A stretch of 35,327 bases of DNA from an uncultured Rhizobiaceae bacterium (GTDB lineage Bacteria > Pseudomonadota > Alphaproteobacteria > UBA2966 > CAIVPW01). Both the position numbers and the translations under genes were made by a program. A model generated the notes under the pieces. That model saw only the letters and a list, made by a program, of their open reading frames with translations. It ran no database searches and had not been told where the DNA came from. The first letter of the stretch is position 1. Every line of letters starts with the position of its first letter. Positions 30,291 through 35,327 of this stretch are shown here, one piece after another. The stretch is taken from positions 1-35,327 of the forward strand of contig CAZHAN010000001.1 of the NCBI GenBank assembly GCA_964530575.1, given 5' to 3'.

Positions 30291-30314
30291 AGTCTCAATA
30301 TAAGATCTTTCCTG

Positions 30315-32117
30315 ATGATGTCTTATTCTCATATTAGAAATTTCGCTATCATAGCTCATATTGATCATGGAAAATCTACCCTTGCCGATAGGTTGATTGA
30401 GTTTTGCAAAGGATTATCTGAACGAGACATGCGCGATCAAGTTCTTGATTCAATGGATATTGAGCGAGAGCGTGGAATTACTATAAAAGCCCAAACTGTG
30501 AGACTCTCTTACAAATCAGATGATGGAAAAGATTATATTCTAAATTTAATGGATACTCCCGGACATGTTGATTTTTCTTATGAGGTTTCACGAAGTCTTG
30601 CAGCTTGTGAAGGATCCATACTAGTTGTTGATGCTAGCCAAGGTGTGGAAGCACAAACACTTGCTAACTCTTATTTAGCAATAGAGGCTGGTCATGAAAT
30701 TATTGTTGTCCTTAATAAATCTGATTTGCCAGCGGCAGAGCCTGCTAGGGTTAAAACTCAAATTGAAGAGGTTATAGGACTCGACACATCTGAAGCAATT
30801 ACTGTTTCAGCTAAAACTGGAAACGGGGTGAAAGATGTTCTAGAGGCTCTTGTAGCTTTTTTACCTCCACCTAAAGGAAATGCTGAAGAAGCACTTGCAG
30901 CTATGCTTGTAGATTCTTGGTACGATCCATATCTGGGTATTATAATTTTAGTTCGTGTTAGGAATGGTTTATTAAAGAAGGGTTTGAAAATACGCATGAT
31001 GGCTGCAGGAACAACTCATATAGTTGAACAGGTTGGAACATTTACCCCTAAACCAATTTCTGTTGATTCTTTAGGCCCTGGAGAGGTTGGATATATCACT
31101 GCAGGAATCAAAGAGGTTGCTGATACTCATGTTGGGGATACCATTACACTCGAACGTTCACCGGTAGATCAGCCTTTGGAGGGATTTAAACCAAGTGTCC
31201 CCGTAGTTTTTTGTGGTTTATTTCCTGTTGATACTGGAGATTTTCCTCATTTACGTGAAAGTCTTACAAGACTTAAATTAAACGATTCTAGTTTTCAATT
31301 TGAGGCTGAGACTTCAGCTGCATTAGGATTTGGTTTTAGATGTGGATTTCTTGGCCTTCTTCATTTGGAAATTATACAAGAACGTTTATCTAGAGAATTT
31401 AATTTAGATCTTATTGCTACAGCACCTAGTGTTGTTTATAGAATCCTACTGAGGAATGGAAAAATGCAAGAATTGCACAATCCTGCAGATATGCCTGAAG
31501 TAGATAAAATAGAAAATATTGATGAACCTTGGATTCGTTCTACTATAATGGTTCCAGAAAACTATCTTGGTTCAGTCTTAAAGCTATGTGAAGAACGACG
31601 AGGAAAGCAAACAAATTTAACTTATTCAGGATCACGAGCAGTTATTGAATATGCACTTCCTTTAAATGAAGTAGTTTTTGATTTTTATGATCGTTTAAAA
31701 TCAATTTCATCTGGCTATGCTAGTTTTGACTACGAATTATCTAATTATGATAAAGGTGATTTGGTACGCGTAAATATTCTTGTCAATGGAGAGCCTGTTG
31801 ATGCTCTTTCTACCATTGTTTTTCGTGGACATGCTGAATCAAGAGGAAGAATTCTTTGCGAACGCCTTAAAGATCTTATTCCAAGACAATTATTTCAGAT
31901 AGCAATACAAGCAGCTATTGGAGGTAGAGTTATCGCACGTGAAACTGTGAAAGCGTTGAGGAAAGATGTGACAGCTAAGTGTTATGGAGGTGATGTTACA
32001 CGAAAGAGAAAGCTTCTAGAGAAACAAAAGGCTGGGAAGAAACGAATGCGACAAGTTGGTAGGGTTGAAATACCTCAAGAAGCATTCATTGCAGCTCTGC
32101 GTATGAGTGATGATTAA
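30315..32117 (+). CDS. lepA: elongation factor 4 (translational GTPase LepA)
   Basis: 600 aa with [17 protein letters not shown] and NKSD GTPase motifs, and the LepA C-terminal [24 protein letters not shown]. Confidence 0.96.
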   Translation: MMSYSHIRNFAIIAHIDHGKSTLADRLIEFCKGLSERDMRDQVLDSMDIERERGITIKAQTVRLSYKSDDGKDYILNLMDTPGHVDFSYEVSRSLAACEGSILVVDASQGVEAQTLANSYLAIEAGHEIIVVLNKSDLPAAEPARVKTQIEEVIGLDTSEAITVSAKTGNGVKDVLEALVAFLPPPKGNAEEALAAMLVDSWYDPYLGIIILVRVRNGLLKKGLKIRMMAAGTTHIVEQVGTFTPKPISVDSLGPGEVGYITAGIKEVADTHVGDTITLERSPVDQPLEGFKPSVPVVFCGLFPVDTGDFPHLRESLTRLKLNDSSFQFEAETSAALGFGFRCGFLGLLHLEIIQERLSREFNLDLIATAPSVVYRILLRNGKMQELHNPADMPEVDKIENIDEPWIRSTIMVPENYLGSVLKLCEERRGKQTNLTYSGSRAVIEYALPLNEVVFDFYDRLKSISSGYASFDYELSNYDKGDLVRVNILVNGEPVDALSTIVFRGHAESRGRILCERLKDLIPRQLFQIAIQAAIGGRVIARETVKALRKDVTAKCYGGDVTRKRKLLEKQKAGKKRMRQVGRVEIPQEAFIAALRMSDD

Positions 32118-32124
32118 TCAAACT

Positions 32125-32427
32125 TTAAAGCTTACGATTTCGGAAAAATAATTGAAGAAACGCACCAATAATTAGAAGCGCTGGCCATGCTGGAAGATTA
32201 AATATAGTGATTAACAATGGATCCCATAACCAAGGAGTTCCTAAGAATTCCTCTCTCTCTACCCATATTTTAATACTTGCAAATGTTCCTGGATGAACAT
32301 CAGTCCATAGATTTCCGAAAGATAACATTTGATAATTTCCTGTATCAGCACGTACAGATAGTTCTGCTGAGCCAGCCAAGAGAGCCATCAAGAGAATTAC
32401 CCAACTAAGAATACGTCCTAAAAGCAT
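32125..32427 (-). CDS. hypothetical small membrane protein (two hydrophobic segments)
   Basis: 100 aa with an N-terminal signal/TM (ILSWVILLMALLAGSA) and a C-terminal TM (PAWPALLIIGAFLQLFF). Convergent with lepA (7-nt gap) and divergent from the MarR gene. No family recognised. Confidence 0.55.
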   Translation of the reverse strand: MLLGRILSWVILLMALLAGSAELSVRADTGNYQMLSFGNLWTDVHPGTFASIKIWVEREEFLGTPWLWDPLLITIFNLPAWPALLIIGAFLQLFFRNRKL

Positions 32428-32502
32428 AGTTAGAGGCTAATCCTTAACGGTTGATAATGCTATTAAGATCTGCACTAACACATCCGTCGTAATGCTTGTA
32501 AA

Positions 32503-32515
32503 TGCAATTCTTGCA
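32503..32515. promoter_or_regulatory. short palindrome TGCAA-TTC-TTGCA in the MarR / membrane-protein divergent spacer (candidate operator)
   Basis: 5-bp arms separated by 3 nt, 45 nt upstream of the MarR ATG. TAATGCT is also repeated directly at about 32454 and 32490. The site is short enough to occur by chance. Confidence 0.2.
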
Positions 32516-32559
32516 CTTCGTATGATCAGAGGTTATACCTTGGTCTGGAGGCTTTTTTC

Positions 32560-32991
32560 ATGTCAACGAAATTTAATTCGGATATTAGCAATTCAAACAT
32601 AGGTGTTTTGTTAAGAAGAATCGTAAAATCTATGCGAGATAGGGCAAAACCTGAATTAAATGCAATTGATATTGACATAAAACATTACTTTGGTTTGATG
32701 TCGTTGTTCCAGGAAGATGGAATAAATCAACGTGAGTTTGGCAAAAAACTAGATTTTCCTGAATATCTTACTAGCCGGTATATAGATTCACTAGTCGATT
32801 TGGGATTTGTAGAACGTCGTCCTGATCCGAACAGTCGGAGGGCATTTCTTGTGTATCTTACCAAGGAAGGACGTGCAAAAGCTGAACTCCTCCCTGAAAT
32901 TAGAAGACGAATTCATGGAGAATTGTTTGGCAATCTGACGAAGGCTGAATATCAACAGCTAAAGAAACTTCTTCAAAAGGTTGTGGATTAA
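32560..32991 (+). CDS. MarR family transcriptional regulator
   Basis: 143 aa with a winged helix-turn-helix, INQREFGKKLDFPEYLTSRYIDSLVDLGFVERRPDPNSRRAFLVYLTKEG. GGAGG lies 9 nt upstream of the ATG. Confidence 0.88.
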   Translation: MSTKFNSDISNSNIGVLLRRIVKSMRDRAKPELNAIDIDIKHYFGLMSLFQEDGINQREFGKKLDFPEYLTSRYIDSLVDLGFVERRPDPNSRRAFLVYLTKEGRAKAELLPEIRRRIHGELFGNLTKAEYQQLKKLLQKVVD

Positions 32992-33053
32992 AACTATTTT
33001 TGATTAGCATTGTTATAAGGTCTGCAGTTCATAGAAGGGTTGTATATAAATTA

Positions 33054-33143
33054 GGAGAGGTGGCCGAGTGGCTGAAGGCGCACGCTTGGAAAGCGTGTAT
33101 ACGGGAAACCGTATCGAGGGTTCGAATCCCTCTCTCTCCGCCA
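33054..33143 (+). tRNA. tRNA-Ser (anticodon GGA)
   Basis: Hand-folded: acceptor GGAGAGG/TCTCTCC, D-arm GCCGAGTGGCTGAAGGC, anticodon loop TTGGAAA, long variable arm, T-loop TTCGAAT, encoded CCA. Confidence 0.92.
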
Positions 33144-33287
33144 GGATTCCAACGTGTGATGTAAGTGTATGGTCCTAGGAGATTGAGATAAGAACTTCTG
33201 TGGAAAAATTTTAAAATAATATGTAAAATAATTTATTGGAGATTTTCAAAATCTTAATAAATTTATGGATTTGATGGTGAATTAACT

Positions 33288-33551
33288 ATGGAATTATTAG
33301 GACGAATTCGTGACCTAAGATTCTCTTTTATGATCATTACTATTTTATCTTTAGTAATTGCTTTCACTTACTTTTTTGGAGGTTTTGAGTTGAAGGACTC
33401 TGAACAGAGAGATCTCGTAATTTTAGATAATGATAAAGCTGATAAAGAGATTTCTGAATCTCTAGTATTAGAAGTGCCTGAAGGTTTTCCAGAGTATTTA
33501 GTTCCTGTAGTTTTAGATAGAGATAAAACCATTGGTAATGGTTTTAGATAG
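33288..33551 (+). CDS. hypothetical 87-aa protein with N-terminal TM anchor
   Basis: The only sizeable ORF between the two tRNA genes. It has a TM segment (FMIITILSLVIAFTYFFGGF) and an acidic tail. SD is weak (GGTGA). No family recognised. Confidence 0.4.
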   Translation: MELLGRIRDLRFSFMIITILSLVIAFTYFFGGFELKDSEQRDLVILDNDKADKEISESLVLEVPEGFPEYLVPVVLDRDKTIGNGFR

Positions 33552-33602
33552 ATAATAAAATTTGTATTCTTAGTATAATAAAAAATGTACAATGTTAGAA
33601 AT

Positions 33603-33679
33603 ACGCCCGTAGCTCAGTGGATTAGAGCAGCGGACTTCGAATTCGCAGGTCAGAGGTTCGAATCCTCTCGGGCGTGCCA
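33603..33679 (+). tRNA. tRNA-Arg (anticodon UCG)
   Basis: Hand-folded: acceptor ACGCCCG/CGGGCGT (A1:U72), D-arm GCTCAGTGGATTAGAGC, anticodon stem GCGGA/TTCGC, loop CTTCGAA (U33, TCG, A37), T-arm AGAGGTTCGAATCCTCT, discriminator G, encoded CCA. Confidence 0.88.
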
Positions 33680-33830
33680 TTGTTATCTAAATTATGAAAT
33701 ACAAAATATTAGTTTAAAGTAGATTGTAAAAAAATCAGCTTTAAGTGGAATTGTTAAATATTTAGCAGTTGTTGGGCTTATTGTTAATGTGTATTTAGAA
33801 TGATAATATTAATTAATAGGGGGGTAAATT

Positions 33831-34385
33831 ATGACAGATAAAATGGTTAATGGAATACTCTTTATAATTGCTGGTCTCGGTTCAATGGCTGTTTATATCC
33901 TTCTAGGCGATACAGGTCTTCTAGATAAGGGGCATACAGAAAAAATTGCAGCTTATACATTGGTTACTATCCCACTAGCTTTTATGATGACAAGGAATGT
34001 TGATAGAAATACTTTCATTGACGCTGGGTTACTATTAATAGTTGTTGGTTTGAGTATGGGGCTTGTTTCAGATGCTATAAATAGTGCAGAAATAAGTGCT
34101 GAATCTAATTTAATTGGAGAGGCGATTGCTTGGACAGGTTGGTCTATTATGTTTCTTGGAATATCCATAACTGGATTAGGATATTTACGAACCAGCCTTT
34201 TCCCTAATTGGCTATCGGGTTTATTGTCACTTACCTCCTTTGTAATGTTTGCTTGTATTGCTATCATGAGCCCTGAGCAGTTATCAAACAACGGAATGAT
34301 GATTGTGTTACCCTTATGGATGATTAATAGCCTAGTTTGGGTTATCTTGGGCATATTTACTATAAGAAGAACAGCGTTGGATTAG
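33831..34385 (+). CDS. hypothetical polytopic membrane protein (about 5-6 TM)
   Basis: 184 aa, strongly hydrophobic throughout. Good SD (AGGGGGG 6 nt upstream of the ATG). No family recognised. Confidence 0.65.
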   Translation: MTDKMVNGILFIIAGLGSMAVYILLGDTGLLDKGHTEKIAAYTLVTIPLAFMMTRNVDRNTFIDAGLLLIVVGLSMGLVSDAINSAEISAESNLIGEAIAWTGWSIMFLGISITGLGYLRTSLFPNWLSGLLSLTSFVMFACIAIMSPEQLSNNGMMIVLPLWMINSLVWVILGIFTIRRTALD

Positions 34386-34429
34386 AGCAATCGTTTCAAT
34401 TACAAAATGATTTATCTAGAGCTACTTTT

Positions 34430-34452
34430 TGATTTTCGGAAATCCAAAATCA
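34430..34452. terminator. hairpin between the convergent membrane-protein and GST-like genes
   Basis: TGATTTT / AAAATCA 7-bp AT-rich stem with a 9-nt loop (CGGAAATCC). T-rich sequence follows on the + strand only. Weak. Confidence 0.25.
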
Positions 34453-34484
34453 GTCAATAGTTATTTATTATTTTATGGCAATGA

Positions 34485-35216
34485 TTAAGAGAAATTTCCT
34501 AAAGGGTAATTATCTGGATACTTTAATTTTATCCATTCTTTAACTCCAGGGTGGTCGTTTACATTATTACAAATTTTTTTTAAATAAGGTAAGTTCTTCA
34601 GCATATCTGTTGGAAAGTAATCAATAGTTCCAGAGCTTAGCCAGCCTAGGAACCTCCAAATGGCTATGTCAGCAATAGAAATTTTATTGCCCACAAACCA
34701 GTTATTGTTATCATCTAATAGATCTTCTAAGAATTTTACTTTCCTTAATAATGGACCATTATATAGCTCTTCCCGAATGAATTTTTTATTTTCTTCTTCA
34801 GATAATTCTGAGTTTGAAATTTCCATTTTTTCGGATACCGAGCTACTGAATTTCATTTTACGAACCAATAAATTACTATTGCTGATCAAGTCTGTGATAT
34901 CAGAGGCCATATCAATAACTTGATCTACTAAAGCAGCTTCAACATCATTATTTGTTGGATATAAATTGCTTTGTTTTCCGCAAAATCTTGATATTCCTCC
35001 TGTTTGACAAATACTTTTACCATCAACAATTATACAAGGGAGCTGTCTAAATGGAATTATAGTTCCATCGTAAAGTTTTCCTTTCTCCCTAACTTCCATG
35101 AACTCTTCGCGATTTATCCTTAAATCTTCATATTCAATATTTCCCAAAAAGAGTGATATTCTGCCGATTTCTGCCCGCCAAAAGGGAACATTAATATATA
35201 TAAATTTGATGTTCAT
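34485..35216 (-). CDS. sigma-class-like (eukaryote-type cytosolic) glutathione S-transferase with internal insertion
   Basis: From the ATG at 35216 the N-terminus is MNIKFIYINVPFWRAEIGRISLFLGNIEYEDLRI...FRQLPCIIVDGKSICQTGGISRF. This parallels the sigma/HPGDS-type N-domain as I recall it ([30 protein letters not shown]...FGKIPILEVDGLTLHQSLAIARYL). The C-domain WFVGNKISIADIAIW...HPGVKEWIKLKYP also aligns. The start is uncertain; alternatives are ATG 35231 and TTG 35252. Confidence 0.8.
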   Translation of the reverse strand: MNIKFIYINVPFWRAEIGRISLFLGNIEYEDLRINREEFMEVREKGKLYDGTIIPFRQLPCIIVDGKSICQTGGISRFCGKQSNLYPTNNDVEAALVDQVIDMASDITDLISNSNLLVRKMKFSSSVSEKMEISNSELSEEENKKFIREELYNGPLLRKVKFLEDLLDDNNNWFVGNKISIADIAIWRFLGWLSSGTIDYFPTDMLKNLPYLKKICNNVNDHPGVKEWIKLKYPDNYPLGNFS

Positions 35217-35253
35217 TTTTGAAGTATTCATTTCTATAAAATTGGCTTTCAAT

Positions 35254-35280
35254 AATTAATTTGTGGTCAACAAATTAATT
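35254..35280. promoter_or_regulatory. perfect 11-bp inverted repeat AATTAATTTGT-N5-ACAAATTAATT upstream of the GST-like gene
   Basis: Arms at 35254-35264 and 35270-35280 with spacer GGTCA. It begins 2 nt beyond the longest possible GST-like start. It could be an operator for a dimeric regulator or an AT-rich hairpin. Confidence 0.35.
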
Positions 35281-35327
35281 TTAAAGCACTTGGCTAAGGA
35301 AAAGTTTAGGTCTATCTGATTGGGGGT

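Noticed and set aside
33953-34354. 133-aa antisense ORF inside the 184-aa membrane-protein gene
   Set aside because: The + strand ORF has a strong SD and consistent TM periodicity. The antisense ORF has neither.
33054-35327. Possibility of an integrated genomic island or prophage remnant at tRNA-Ser / tRNA-Arg
   Set aside because: There is no integrase, transposase or phage-like ORF. I could find no direct repeat of either tRNA 3' end downstream within the window. Only a weak claim of a small variable region is retained as a finding.
35290-35327. TTGGCT-N17-TATCTG followed by GGGGGT at the window edge, possibly a promoter plus the 5' end of a tRNA or other gene
   Set aside because: Only 6 nt of the putative downstream gene are visible, so it cannot be evaluated from this window.

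Overview
This is an AT-rich (about 35-40% GC by eye), very compact chromosomal core segment; the largest intergenic gap is about 170 nt. Gene content and synteny look alphaproteobacterial, probably a streamlined marine lineage, but that is inference only. Gene order: accD(partial) <- trpA <- trpB <- trpF <- pyrF <- lapA-like <- ihfB <- rpsA <- cmk <- aroA | TIGR02300 zinc-ribbon -> tRNA-Ala(GGC) -> speE -> DUF1150 | rpoN <- lptB <- lptA <- lptC <- kdsD <- short RNase D-like <- tRNA-Leu(CAG) | NDUFA9-like SDR -> <- uppP | GST -> queG -> YeeZ-like SDR -> <- alpha/beta hydrolase | GT4 -> GT9 -> thrS -> infC -> rpmI -> rplT -> pheS -> pheT -> lepA. A short, less conserved tail follows: small membrane protein <- | MarR -> tRNA-Ser(GGA) -> 87-aa orphan -> tRNA-Arg(UCG) -> 184-aa membrane protein -> <- eukaryote-like GST. 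Many genes are translationally coupled through ATGA, GTGA or TAATG overlaps. I found no mobile element, CRISPR array, defence or toxin-antitoxin locus, and no convincing novel multi-gene system, so this is mostly an ordinary housekeeping window. The observations most worth a second look are: (1) a single in-frame TAG inside an otherwise full-length trpA; (2) a sigma-class-like (eukaryote-type) GST with an internal insertion, plus a perfect 11-bp inverted repeat upstream of it; (3) a tRNA-Arg with a UCG anticodon; (4) a perfect 33-bp tandem duplication in the acidic C-terminal tail of rpsA; (5) a 170-nt infC-rpmI leader. All protein calls rest on motifs I recognise in the translations, not on database searches.
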